Counted from the first letter of the stretch, positions 19,722 through 29,667 are shown. The stretch is 64,000 nt of DNA from Gemmatales bacterium (GCA_041640595.1 JBEPZY010000007.1:85611-149610), one strand, 5' to 3'. Numbers and translations are program-made. Notes: generated by a model not told the origin, from the letters alone.

Positions 19722-20660
19722 ATGACCGATTGGCGACTCAATGATCGGGCCTTGCAGTTGTTCCAACGGGCACTGCTGGATCCGGCCCCACTACGAATCA
19801 CTGTGCAGACGGTGAACGGGACAATGGTGATAGATGCCGGCATTCAATGCGAAGGCGGTGTGCAGGTAGGTTTATTACTGGCCCGCGTATGTCTGGCCGA
19901 TTTGGCTCAGGTAGAAGTGATTACGGGTGAGGGCGAAATGCCCTGGCCGATGGTGAGTGTCTTCAGCGACCAGCCCGTGATTGCTTGCCTGGCCAGTCAG
20001 TACGCAGGCTGGCAGATTCAGAAAGGAAAGTATTTCGCCATGGCATCCGGCCCGATGCGGGCGATTTATGCTGGCGAAAAAATTTTCGAGGAAATCGGCT
20101 ACCGGGAAAGGTCCGCTGTTGCCGTCGGCGTACTGGAAACGAACAAGCTGCCGTCCGAGGAAGTGGTGAGTTATCTGGGCGAAAAATTGCAGATGTCCTC
20201 CCATGCTTTACGTTTGCTGGTAGCACCAACCGCGAGCCAGGCCGGCATGCTGCAAATCGCTGCCCGGTCGGTGGAGACGGCATTACATAAATTGCACGAA
20301 TTGGGATACCCGTTGTCGGAAATCGTGTCGGGTTTCGGCACGGCACCATTATTGCCGCCGCCACGAGATCCCATAGCGGCCATCGGTCGTTCCAACGATG
20401 CGATCCTGTACGGCGCTCGGGTCTGGCTATGGGTGCGGAGCGAGGATGAACGGATCGCGGAAATCGGGCCGCGGGTACCTTCTGCGGCTTCGCCGGACTT
20501 CGGCCGACCTTTTCAGGAAATCTTTCAGCGTTACGGTGGCGATTTTTACCGAATTGATCCGATGCTGTTCAGCCCGGCCGAGGTACACTTCTACAATCTC
20601 CAGACAGGCAGGCATTTCCGCTTCGGCCAACGCCGACCCGATATTTTGCAGGAAATGTAA
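19722..20660 (+). CDS. mch: Methenyltetrahydromethanopterin cyclohydrolase
   Basis: ACLASQYAGW, FAMASGPMRA, ARSVETALHKLHELG, GRSNDAILYG and DFYRIDPMLFSPA motifs. Confidence 0.95.
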   Translation: MTDWRLNDRALQLFQRALLDPAPLRITVQTVNGTMVIDAGIQCEGGVQVGLLLARVCLADLAQVEVITGEGEMPWPMVSVFSDQPVIACLASQYAGWQIQKGKYFAMASGPMRAIYAGEKIFEEIGYRERSAVAVGVLETNKLPSEEVVSYLGEKLQMSSHALRLLVAPTASQAGMLQIAARSVETALHKLHELGYPLSEIVSGFGTAPLLPPPRDPIAAIGRSNDAILYGARVWLWVRSEDERIAEIGPRVPSAASPDFGRPFQEIFQRYGGDFYRIDPMLFSPAEVHFYNLQTGRHFRFGQRRPDILQEM

Positions 20661-20732
20661 AGCAAGTGCGCAGAATCGTGTCGCATTGCTTCGAACAAGC
20701 CATGGGGAAGGATTTTTGACTTCGGAAGAGTC

Positions 20733-21632
20733 ATGTCGGTCAACGTAATGGTGCTGGCCAGTGGTCCCGGCTGGCATGTGCGCGACCTGCAGCGGGCGGC
20801 TGATATTGTCGGCTGCCGGCTTCGCATTGGCGACTTTCGCCGTATCGCGGCAAGCGTCGCCACAGGGATGGAAACGCCGCTGCATCAGCCGGAATTGTTG
20901 GGAGAACCTGGCTGGGCAACAAATGCAGTGCTCGTACGCACCATGCCCCCAGGAACCCTTGAGCAGATTATTTTCCGTATGGACGTGCTGCACCGCTGCC
21001 AGGCCAGTGGCATTGCCGTCTTCAATGGCCCCCGTGCACTGGAGACGTGCATTGATAAGTATTTGACCACGGCTCGCCTGGCCGCTGCTGGTTTGTGCGT
21101 ACCGGAAACCTGGGTTGGACAGGACGCTGATTCCGCACTGGTAGCATGGGAACGACTGGGCGGGGACGTGGTTGTCAAACCCATTTTCGGTTCGGAAGGG
21201 CGCGGCATTTTGCGTGTGCAGGAACGGGAATTGGCCAGGCGAGTGTTTGGTGTGCTGGAACGGCTGGGGGCGGTTTTGTACTTGCAGCGTTACGTGGAGC
21301 ACGAGGGCTATGACCTCCGCGTCTTCGTGCTGGGTGAAACGGTGCTGGCAGCGATGCGACGTTACGCCCGCAACGATTTCCGCACTAACGTGGCTCAGGG
21401 CGGACAGGCCGAAGCGGTTTCCCTTACCGCTGCTGAAACCAGAGCCGCGTTGCAGGCGGCTGCATGTGTGGGTGCCGAAATCGCCGGGGTGGACTTATTA
21501 CCTGCTCGTAATGGTCAATTGTTCGTCCTGGAGGTGAACGCGGTGCCAGGCTGGCGGGCTTTGTCCAGGGTCAGCCATTGTGATATTGCAGCGGAGGTGC
21601 TTCGATACATTCGTGGGCGGATTCAGCATTAG
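20733..21632 (+). CDS. RimK-family ATP-grasp glutamate ligase (Orf5-like, C1 cofactor biosynthesis)
   Basis: GTLEQIIFRMDVL, VVKPIFGSEGRG, DLRVFV, FRTNVAQG and LEVNAVPGW motifs; follows mch. Confidence 0.88.
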   Translation: MSVNVMVLASGPGWHVRDLQRAADIVGCRLRIGDFRRIAASVATGMETPLHQPELLGEPGWATNAVLVRTMPPGTLEQIIFRMDVLHRCQASGIAVFNGPRALETCIDKYLTTARLAAAGLCVPETWVGQDADSALVAWERLGGDVVVKPIFGSEGRGILRVQERELARRVFGVLERLGAVLYLQRYVEHEGYDLRVFVLGETVLAAMRRYARNDFRTNVAQGGQAEAVSLTAAETRAALQAAACVGAEIAGVDLLPARNGQLFVLEVNAVPGWRALSRVSHCDIAAEVLRYIRGRIQH

Positions 21633-21822
21633 CGGGTCAACTGCCAGGCGTAAGAGATTGCCAGGGGACTATGCTGACATCCACACTGGCCAGCAGCTAG
21701 TGGCCGGTGTCCGGGACGAATCGCTGTGCCAGAGTGGAGTGCTTCTAGTTCATGCTGCTTATTTCGCCTCCGCGATAAATTCCTCGCTTGTACGAATTCA
21801 TGTCGGGTTTCGGGGACGCGCT

Positions 21823-22767
21823 ATGCAATCACCTTTCGGGTATCCACAACCGATAGGGACAGGCAAAAACCCTGATACAGCCCAGAGGACAGATCGCTGG
21901 CCCAGCGGCAAGCGGTTACCTGCTTCGGTGGCAGCGTACCTGGCCTGCACCCTGGAAGTGCTGGCTCCCAAAGCAGGCAACGTACACGTGCACCAATCGT
22001 TCGACGATGCAACGGTGCTGGACTATATAGCCAGCGCTGCCGTGCTTGCACCGTTGCTGGATGAAACGGCCAGACGCGGGGTGGGTGCCACCGTGCTGGA
22101 AGCTGTTCGCCGTACCCAGCTGGTTGCGCAAACCAACACGAATCTTGGCATAGTTTTGCTCCTGGCTCCACTGGCCGCTGTTCCTGCCGAGTGCTCGCTG
22201 GCTGACGGTGTAGCCGCGGTTCTGGACAGTTTGACGGTGGAGGACAGTCGGGCAGTTTATACCGCGATTCGTCTGGCCAGCCCCGCCGGTCTGGGCAAGG
22301 TGCCAGACCAGGACATTGGTGGCGAACCGACGCTGCCCCTGCGAACGATCATGCAGCTAGCCGCTGACCGTGATGCAATAGCCCGGCAATACGCCTGCGC
22401 GTTCCGCGACGTTTTTGCCTTTGGCGTGCCCTGTCTGTTGCAGGCACTTGAGCAGGGCCGATGCCTGGCGGACTCCCTGGTCTGGTGTCAGCTGCAATGG
22501 CTGGCTGAGTTCGGCGATTCACTGATTGCCCGCAAATGTGGATGCGCTATCAGTCAGGAAGCAGCGGAGCGGGCCCGTCAGGTGCTGACGCTTGGCTGGC
22601 CCGATACGCTGGCGGGACGGGAGGCCTTTAGCGAACTCGACCGCTGGCTGCGAGGCGATGCTCATCGTCGTAATCCGGGCACGACTGCCGATTTGGTAGT
22701 GGCCACGCTTTTTGTCGCCCTGCGGGATGGCTTAATCCCTGTTCCGTTCACGGTACGCTGGGCGTGA
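21823..22767 (+). CDS. CitG-like triphosphoribosyl-dephospho-CoA synthase family protein (Orf7-like)
   Basis: LEVLAPKAGNVH, NTNLGIVLL, DSLIARKCG and RNPGTTADL motifs. Confidence 0.88.
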   Translation: MQSPFGYPQPIGTGKNPDTAQRTDRWPSGKRLPASVAAYLACTLEVLAPKAGNVHVHQSFDDATVLDYIASAAVLAPLLDETARRGVGATVLEAVRRTQLVAQTNTNLGIVLLLAPLAAVPAECSLADGVAAVLDSLTVEDSRAVYTAIRLASPAGLGKVPDQDIGGEPTLPLRTIMQLAADRDAIARQYACAFRDVFAFGVPCLLQALEQGRCLADSLVWCQLQWLAEFGDSLIARKCGCAISQEAAERARQVLTLGWPDTLAGREAFSELDRWLRGDAHRRNPGTTADLVVATLFVALRDGLIPVPFTVRWA

Positions 22768-22954
22768 TCGCGTATGTCAGCTAAGCAACGTAGCGGATCA
22801 GGGTGCTTACTCAGCTGGCCTCGATGCTGACGGAGCTGGTCCCCCCGAATGGGGGCGGTTTTCTCGCCTGCCCAAGTGGTTTATATACTGACCCGGAAAA
22901 CTGCTCGTCTCCGCGTGGCTGCCAGATGGCGAGACGATGGGTTGGAGATAAACC

Positions 22955-23449
22955 GTGGCTGAAACTTTCACCGTTCGCGTGCAGAAAGAGCAATTCACCT
23001 TTTGTGCGGCACACTTTATCACCTACGAAGGTGAGCAATGCGAGCGCTTGCACGGACACAATTACCGCGTGGCCGTGGAACTGGCCGGACGGCTCGATGA
23101 AAACGCTTACGTGTTCGATTTTATCGCCCTGAAACATTTAGTCCGTGAACTCACCGAGCAACTCGATCATCGCATGCTGATTCCGTTGCACCATCCGCGT
23201 TTCCGGCTGGAAGTCGGCGAGCGGGAGGTCGTTTTACATTACGGGAATAAACAGTGGTGTTTCCCGCGGGACGATTGTGCTCTGCTTCCCGTGAGCAATA
23301 CCACAGCTGAAATGCTCGCAAAGTACCTGGCGGAACGCATCATGGCATCATTGCAAAGGCGAGGTTTTAAACCGGATTGGCTTCGCGTCGAAGTCGAGGA
23401 GGCCCCCGGACAAACCGCGAGCTATACCTGGACGAAAGATCGCACCTGA
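22955..23449 (+). CDS. 6-pyruvoyl-tetrahydropterin synthase family protein (COG0720), CExxHGH motif
   Basis: FCAAHF, CERLHGHNY, LDHRML and NTTAEMLA motifs; GTG start. Confidence 0.9.
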   Translation: MAETFTVRVQKEQFTFCAAHFITYEGEQCERLHGHNYRVAVELAGRLDENAYVFDFIALKHLVRELTEQLDHRMLIPLHHPRFRLEVGEREVVLHYGNKQWCFPRDDCALLPVSNTTAEMLAKYLAERIMASLQRRGFKPDWLRVEVEEAPGQTASYTWTKDRT

Positions 23450-24171
23450 TCCGGCCGGATTCGACCATCGTGTAATGCAGAAGCGACCAGCACAGCTTCT
23501 ACGTTGTCCGCGGCCAACAGGTGCAAGTCGTCCACGCAACGAACACCACCTCCCAGGTACCATCGCGCTTGCGGTGCCGCCGACCGGGCTGTTCGCAGTA
23601 GTTGCCAGCTCCAGTGCAGCTGGCCTGTTCCGACCGAGGCCAGATCGAGAGCCAGAAAGTGTTGCCAACCACGCTGATGCCACCATCCTACCAGTTCGGT
23701 AACCGACCGGGATCGCCATCGCGCCTCTGCTACCAGTAACTGCCCTTGAGACGCATCCAGCGAGAGCAAAGCTCCTGCCGCTGTTAGCACTTGCCAGCTT
23801 GCTTGACCCACGGATTCACCGGAACCACCAAAATCAAGCGTTTCCAGGCCAAGAACCGGTCGGCAACCGAACTCGCTTGCCCACTCTATAGCTGCTTCGA
23901 TATTGCGAAAGCCCGCGTCTAACCAGAGACCTGGCAGCAAGTTCGCCAGTCGCTGGATAAGCTGACGGTTTGGTCGTCCATGCAGGATGCCATCGAGGTC
24001 TGCGACGTATAACTCACGAAAACCGTAGGCGTCTCGCAAAGCTTTGACCACATCCACAGCATGGCAGGATCGCGTCCAGATACTGGTCAACGGTTGGTAG
24101 CTATTCCGCTGACCAGCCACGGCATGGACTGCCTGCCCATTCAAAATGTCCAGAACCGGTATCAGCCGCAT
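23422..24171 (-). CDS. HisA/HisF-like TIM-barrel protein (Orf17-like, C1 cofactor cluster)
   Basis: IPVLDILNGQAVHAVAG, LYVADLDGI, LDLASVGTG, GGGVR and LVASALHDG motifs. Confidence 0.88.
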   Translation of the reverse strand: MRLIPVLDILNGQAVHAVAGQRNSYQPLTSIWTRSCHAVDVVKALRDAYGFRELYVADLDGILHGRPNRQLIQRLANLLPGLWLDAGFRNIEAAIEWASEFGCRPVLGLETLDFGGSGESVGQASWQVLTAAGALLSLDASQGQLLVAEARWRSRSVTELVGWWHQRGWQHFLALDLASVGTGQLHWSWQLLRTARSAAPQARWYLGGGVRCVDDLHLLAADNVEAVLVASALHDGRIRPDQVRSFVQV

Positions 24172-24214
24172 GCATTTTCAGGTCTGCGGTCTCCCGCTTA
24201 CACTGGCGTATCAT

Positions 24215-25000
24215 TTACGGAAAGAAACCCAGTTTGATAAGGGTGCCGGTAACCCCGGTCAGGGTGACGCGATCTACGCCCAGGCCACCAATCAGTACAC
24301 TGACCGGCTTCCCCGACGGAAAGCTGACGTTGTTGAGGTTGGCCTTGTCGTGACCAGTCCCCAGATCAAACAGGGAGAACACCGCGAACGCCGAGTTGGT
24401 TATGTCGAGCTGATCATTGCCATCGTCCGTGTGCAAAACCACCCGGCCATTGAAGGTTGACTGTAGCAGCTGCACCAAATCCTGACCCCGGCCGGTGCTC
24501 AGCTGAAAGTCGCGGGAGAATTGGCTCTGGAAAAGAGTAACGGTATCGTTGCCTCCTCCGGTTCGCAAGATTACCGACCCGTTAAAAGTCCCGTTTGCCA
24601 ATGCAATCTGATCGTTGCCGCTGTCATCGAGAACCACGATGGAATTGTCGAATTGACCTGCCCCAATGCTGCTCACGTCGTTCCCATCGCTTGGCAAAAC
24701 AATCACCTGTCCGGCAAAAGGAGAACTGGCCGACACGGAGACCGTATCATTGCCACCACCAAGGTCCAGATAAACCCGTGTTACACCGCTAACGGAAGTC
24801 GGGCCGGATATGGAAGTTGTGGCGTCACCCGCAATGGTGAGCGAATTGGCGCCGGTAGCTGTCAAAGTTACGCCGTTGTCTAAAGCATCTCCAATCAATC
24901 GGACGATACCGCCCGATTGCACCACGTTGACTGTTCCAGCGGGCTGACAACGCTGCTCGAGACATTCGATGCTCAGACATACGCTTTGGCGAGGCCTCAT
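24215..25000 (-). CDS. Planctomycete extracellular protein with a LEPR-XLL-type N-terminus and GxGND beta-roll-like repeats
   Basis: LSIECLEQRCQPA, followed by repeated GGGND/DGND/SGND/GTGHD units. Confidence 0.8.
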   Translation of the reverse strand: MRPRQSVCLSIECLEQRCQPAGTVNVVQSGGIVRLIGDALDNGVTLTATGANSLTIAGDATTSISGPTSVSGVTRVYLDLGGGNDTVSVSASSPFAGQVIVLPSDGNDVSSIGAGQFDNSIVVLDDSGNDQIALANGTFNGSVILRTGGGNDTVTLFQSQFSRDFQLSTGRGQDLVQLLQSTFNGRVVLHTDDGNDQLDITNSAFAVFSLFDLGTGHDKANLNNVSFPSGKPVSVLIGGLGVDRVTLTGVTGTLIKLGFFP

Positions 25001-25179
25001 GGGTTGTCTCCTTTTTTCTAGTTGACGCATATTCCGATTTTACCAACTCTTCCGAAATTTACAAGCCGAGCCTTTCGAACGTAATACTTTCCGCTTTCCC
25101 CAGAGCCTATCGCTCAACAAACAGGATTTGCCATTGTCAGCGGGGCGAATTTACGGCATTTCCCATACGGTGCCGAAGG

Positions 25180-26112
25180 ATGCCGAAAGCGGAGGAGAGG
25201 AAGAGCAGCATGGATGCCGGTTTCATATCGCTGGGATGTCCGCCTGCATACACGACTCGCTGGGGAGCGGCTTACGTGGGAGATTCGCTGCAATTGATGC
25301 GGCGGATACCGGACGAATCCGTTTCGTTAGTGTTGACGTCACCACCGTTTGCCTTACGTCGGCGCAAACAGTACGGCAACGTCGAGGCGGAACAGTATCT
25401 GGAATGGTTCATGCCATTTGCGGAAGAGATCTGGCGTATCCTGCGGCCTGATGGGAGCTTTGTGCTGGAATTGGGAGGAGCATGGGATCGCGGGCAACCC
25501 ACGCGTTCACTGTTACCGTATCGCCTGGTTCTGCGGCTGGCCGAGCGTTTTTATCTAGCACAGGACTGTTACTGGTACAACCCATCGAGGTTACCGACTC
25601 CTGCGGAATGGGTGACGATTCGTCGCAACCGGCTCAAGGATGCCGTAAATTTCGTGTGGTGGTTCAGTAAAAGTCCGTTCCCGGAGGCGGATAATCGCCG
25701 TGTCCTGAAGCCATACAGCGATTCCATGCAACGGTTGCTGCGCGAAGGTTACAGGCCGCAGCTGCGCCCTTCGCAGCATGCGATTTCTCCTCATTTTCGC
25801 CGGGACAACGGCGGGGCGATTCCGCCGAACATTTTGATGCTGCCCAACACCCGATCACGCGACCCTTATTTAGACGCCTGCCGGCGCGCCGGTCTGCCGA
25901 TCCATCCGGCTCGTTTTCCGTTCGGGTTACCGGAATTCTTTATCCGCTTCTTGACCCAGCCAGGCCAGATTGTGCTGGATCCATTCGCCGGAAGTAACGT
26001 GACTGGCTACGCAGCGGAAATTCTCGAACGTCACTGGGTGAGCATCGAAATCAATGCCGCTTACGTCGAAGGCTCACGCTACCGCTTCACTGCTCTGTCC
26101 CAGGCGGCTTAG
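25180..26112 (+). CDS. Beta-class N4-cytosine DNA methyltransferase, M.PvuII-like (alternative start 25210)
   Basis: TSPPF catalytic motif precedes the DPFAGS SAM motif; also NPSRLPTPAEWV, DNGGAIPPN and HPARFP. Confidence 0.9.
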   Translation: MPKAEERKSSMDAGFISLGCPPAYTTRWGAAYVGDSLQLMRRIPDESVSLVLTSPPFALRRRKQYGNVEAEQYLEWFMPFAEEIWRILRPDGSFVLELGGAWDRGQPTRSLLPYRLVLRLAERFYLAQDCYWYNPSRLPTPAEWVTIRRNRLKDAVNFVWWFSKSPFPEADNRRVLKPYSDSMQRLLREGYRPQLRPSQHAISPHFRRDNGGAIPPNILMLPNTRSRDPYLDACRRAGLPIHPARFPFGLPEFFIRFLTQPGQIVLDPFAGSNVTGYAAEILERHWVSIEINAAYVEGSRYRFTALSQAA

Positions 26113-26221
26113 TTTGTTATCGTGGCCAGTACCAGTGGTCAATGACCGGCACCGAGAGCCTGTGATATTCGCACACTCGGCAGGCTTCTAGTGGCAGCTG
26201 CGTTTCCGGATCGCGCCGCGC

Positions 26222-26255
26222 AAAAAAGGAACCGTGGCAACTATTCCACGGTTCC
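26222..26255 (-). terminator. Rho-independent terminator
   Basis: Perfect 10-bp stem ggaaccgtgg/ccacggttcc followed by T6 on the minus strand, downstream of the small lipoprotein gene. Confidence 0.8.
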
Positions 26256-26312
26256 CCGATACACCTACATGACGCAATACGATCTTGCAGCGAATTTATG
26301 TCTGGGCGAACC

Positions 26313-26534
26313 TTACTCCGCCGGCGTGGGCAGCTTGCGAATGGTTTCGGGAGCCGGCTGAATCAATGACTTTTGGTCGCTGGGGACCACGTAAACGTTT
26401 CCACCGGCGCAACTTCCGCCGCATCCCCCGCATCCATCGCACACGTAATGATGGCAGCCCAGGCTGATCGCCAAAAGCCCGATGATCCAGCCCATCACCG
26501 CCGACTTCCGCCAGTTCCATTTTGCGGGTAGCAT
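26313..26534 (-). CDS. Small Cys/Gly-rich putative lipoprotein (73 aa)
   Basis: Strong RBS (aaggaaggag), lipobox-like SLGC, then HHYVCDGCGGCGGSC; has its own terminator. Confidence 0.7.
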   Translation of the reverse strand: MLPAKWNWRKSAVMGWIIGLLAISLGCHHYVCDGCGGCGGSCAGGNVYVVPSDQKSLIQPAPETIRKLPTPAE

Positions 26535-26987
26535 CGTCTCCTTCCTTGCCCGAAAGGGCATTCCTGCTCGTCAGTTTTTCCGCATTGCCGTTTTGCGGAG
26601 AGAGCCGATTCCGGCAACTGACGAGCTTTTCCCTCCGTTCCGCCGGAATCTGTCCTAACTTTCGTCGGCAAGATAGCGATGGATTCAATCCAACCGGTTT
26701 TCCGTAGCACACCAGAGCCGGGGAGCGAAACGAAAATGCTGACGGTAACGATTGCAGCGAGTTTGCCGTTGGTACGGACGAGCAGCGCAAATCAGAGCTC
26801 TGATTGACCCGGATAGCTTGTAACCTGGATTGGCTACTCCGAAGCTGACCGACTAGCAGCGAAATCGCAAGTTCTGCCAGACCCGGATAGGTCTAACACG
26901 CATCGGTGGCACTCGAGAATCTAACCTCTAATGGCAAGAGCTATTTCGTCCGCACTCGCAGGGAACGATTTGGCAGCCAGGAGAAGC

Positions 26988-29102
26988 TTAGGGCATGGGA
27001 AAGCCACCGCCCGGCTGGGGAGGTTTGAAGCCAGGGTTGCCAGGAGCATTTCCGGCACCGGGCTGCGAACCGCCGACGTAAGCAGGTAGTCGCATAGGCA
27101 GGGATTGTTTTCGCATGAACGCCAGCCATTCTTCCTGCAGTCGCTGGCACTTCGACTCATCGAGCTTGTCGGGTTGTTTCGGGTCAGCCAGGTCGAAGTG
27201 AAGAGCGAAGATACTCTCGACCACGTCCGGGCGAATGGTCATGTCGCGCGGCAACCGGCTCAGCTCATCGTAAAAGAGCATGAGCTGCTGCCAGCGGGTC
27301 TGGGCGAGGAAATAGATGAGTGCCCAGCTCTCCGCCTGGGCTTTGAGTAAAAGCAGGTCGCGCTGTTCCGGTTGGGCTTGCCATGCCTGACGGTAACCTG
27401 CTCCCGTCAGTACTTCCCGCAACACCACTGGCTTAACGGGGATTTTGATCTCGCGTTGTGTTTTTTCGTTGAAGACGACCTCGCCCGCCTTCAAACGCTC
27501 TTCCTGAGTGAAAAAGTTGAACACGGGCAGGTAAACCCAGTGAGGATTTCCCAGACCGCTGTAAAAACTGGCCGCACGGAATTCGCCGTTACTCTTAGGC
27601 GTTTCCAGAAGGCTAATGAAACCGTCGCTGAGGGACTCGGGCAAATGCACACGTGCTGGTAAGACGCCGACGGCATCGAGAATCTGTCGGGAGCCTTCGC
27701 TGGTGATCGTGGCCACGATCCCTTCTTCGTAGATAGCGGGCGAGGAATTGATGACGATGCGCGCCAGACTCAATGTGGCCATAGCGTTGGCATCCTGCGT
27801 GGCCATTTGTTCTATGATCGGAAGAAACTTCTTGAGCTGCGGATTGGGCCTGGCGAGAGCCTCAATTGTGAGTTGGAGTTCTTGAGGAAGCGGTTGGCCA
27901 CCGAATAACTGACCAAGCAGCTTGTTGCCAACGTCCAGCAGCAGCGCGTTGATGTCCTGCAACCGACCCTGGAGTCGGACATAAGCGGGATCGGCCCGCT
28001 GAGGAGAAATTACCAGGACTTTATCGGCCGCGGCATAGAAACCGTCCGCGGTTGTTGGCCGCGTTTCTCCCAAAGTTTGTCGCAATTTCTGATAGGCTGG
28101 GACGCTTTCGGCAAGCCAGACTACCAGGCGGTGTGGTGGCTGGGGCAAAGGTGTGCCCCGAAAAGCAAACCAGTAATAAAACCCGTGATAGAGCCGCTCC
28201 AGTCGTTCGAGCGTATCTTCCGCCTGCTTTTGATCCTGTTGCAAGTGAATGATCGCATAATGCCCGCGGGTAGTGAGCACGTATTTGCCACCGGTCAGCG
28301 AGGCCAGGCGGTTCAACAAGTCTCCCGCCTCGGGCAGGTCTTCTTTGAGGTGTTGTCGTGTTTCCAGAAGTCGGCGAATGATATTGCGATCCGCTTCGGG
28401 CAATTTTTCCAGGCCCGTCTTTTCCCACGCTGCTAACTGCTCTTCAAACCTCTTGAGCATATCGAAACCGGTTCCGGCCCGATAGGTCCAGTGTTCGAGC
28501 ATCCAACGCGCCAGCTCCGCCGGAGATTTTTGCGCCAGGTTTTTCTTTTTGGCCAACTCATCGAATTCCCGGCTCAAGCTCGGCGCTGGTATAGGGTAGA
28601 TTTCCGCCATGTTGGCTACACCGATGCCGGGCTGAAATGTAAACTGCCCGCCGTCATAGCGGAAAATATACGGCCCCTGAGGTGAGCGTGCGACGATTTC
28701 GCCCTGAAGGACAGCGAGGAACCATTCGGCAGCTCCTGGCGTTTCCTGAGGTGTGCCTGGCTGATTCGGTTGACCGGGTATGCCTTCGCCGACCCCACCA
28801 ACACCTGGGAACCCAGGAGCACCTGCCCCGATACCACCGAGTCCAGCGCCCGGAATGCCAAAGCCAGGTTTACCAGGAATTCCTGGTTGGCTAGGCACTC
28901 CCGGTTGCCCGGCCACCTGGGGCGGCCCACTTGTGTCGCCGACATTGATGCGAAAGACCAGGTAATCTGCCCACGCCGGTCCGGTCAACAAGCTCGCTAC
29001 GATCAGCAAAGAAAACCAGCCGAATAGTTTTTGCACCCGTCTTGCTTGGGCTCCACCGCGCTGGCTAACGATGCTTGATTCTGCAGTTATGACCCGCCGC
29101 AT
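26988..29102 (-). CDS. Secreted DUF1570-like protein with Pro/Gly-rich termini
   Basis: Signal peptide (PAWA-D), DGFY, SEGSRQIL, LSDGF...ETP and AESWALIYFL motifs. Confidence 0.7.
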   Translation of the reverse strand: MRRVITAESSIVSQRGGAQARRVQKLFGWFSLLIVASLLTGPAWADYLVFRINVGDTSGPPQVAGQPGVPSQPGIPGKPGFGIPGAGLGGIGAGAPGFPGVGGVGEGIPGQPNQPGTPQETPGAAEWFLAVLQGEIVARSPQGPYIFRYDGGQFTFQPGIGVANMAEIYPIPAPSLSREFDELAKKKNLAQKSPAELARWMLEHWTYRAGTGFDMLKRFEEQLAAWEKTGLEKLPEADRNIIRRLLETRQHLKEDLPEAGDLLNRLASLTGGKYVLTTRGHYAIIHLQQDQKQAEDTLERLERLYHGFYYWFAFRGTPLPQPPHRLVVWLAESVPAYQKLRQTLGETRPTTADGFYAAADKVLVISPQRADPAYVRLQGRLQDINALLLDVGNKLLGQLFGGQPLPQELQLTIEALARPNPQLKKFLPIIEQMATQDANAMATLSLARIVINSSPAIYEEGIVATITSEGSRQILDAVGVLPARVHLPESLSDGFISLLETPKSNGEFRAASFYSGLGNPHWVYLPVFNFFTQEERLKAGEVVFNEKTQREIKIPVKPVVLREVLTGAGYRQAWQAQPEQRDLLLLKAQAESWALIYFLAQTRWQQLMLFYDELSRLPRDMTIRPDVVESIFALHFDLADPKQPDKLDESKCQRLQEEWLAFMRKQSLPMRLPAYVGGSQPGAGNAPGNPGFKPPQPGGGFPMP

Positions 29103-29163
29103 GTTCTATCTCCTGCGTATATTGGTGCCCGTTGCACTAACGCCAACTTTCGCCGTTCTGAAC

Positions 29164-29667
29164 TTATTTTCCCAGATCGGCGGAGAAAATGCAACTGCCT
29201 GCGGCAAGGTCTTCTGCAAAACGATAAACCGCTTCTTCGTAACCATCGGCACTCATGGCTTGCGGACGCAACCGTCTTACCATAGCGATCGCCTCCCGGG
29301 CAGTGCAACGGTATCGCTGAACCAGATAACACGCCAGCACTGCTCCCGTGCGATCCATACCGTGATAGCAATGCACTACTACCTTGCGGCCCTGTCGTCT
29401 GTGCTCTTCGATAAAGTCAAACACTGCCGGCAGGCTACGCAAGAACTCTTGTTGCAGCTCCGGCGTGGTGAGCAAAATCATGGGCCGATACGCGGGCAGA
29501 TGCGCCAGACCTGCCGCTGTTATCTCCTCCGGACAGACGTTGCTGCTGTCCAGGGAAACAATTCCACCGATGCCCGCCCGTACCCAGGATTGCAAATCCC
29601 ATGGTGCCGACGCAGGGCCGCACCGGCCTCCCACTGCTTCCGGATTGATCCAGTAGATGTGTTCCAT
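29164..29667 (-). CDS. Dual-specificity/tyrosine protein phosphatase family protein
   Basis: VVHCYHGMDRTG (CX5R motif) and VRRLRP. Confidence 0.9.
   Translation of the reverse strand: MEHIYWINPEAVGGRCGPASAPWDLQSWVRAGIGGIVSLDSSNVCPEEITAAGLAHLPAYRPMILLTTPELQQEFLRSLPAVFDFIEEHRRQGRKVVVHCYHGMDRTGAVLACYLVQRYRCTAREAIAMVRRLRPQAMSADGYEEAVYRFAEDLAAGSCIFSADLGK

Noticed and set aside
26807..26890. 11-bp direct repeat gacccggatag
   Set aside because: Only two short copies with no supporting context.
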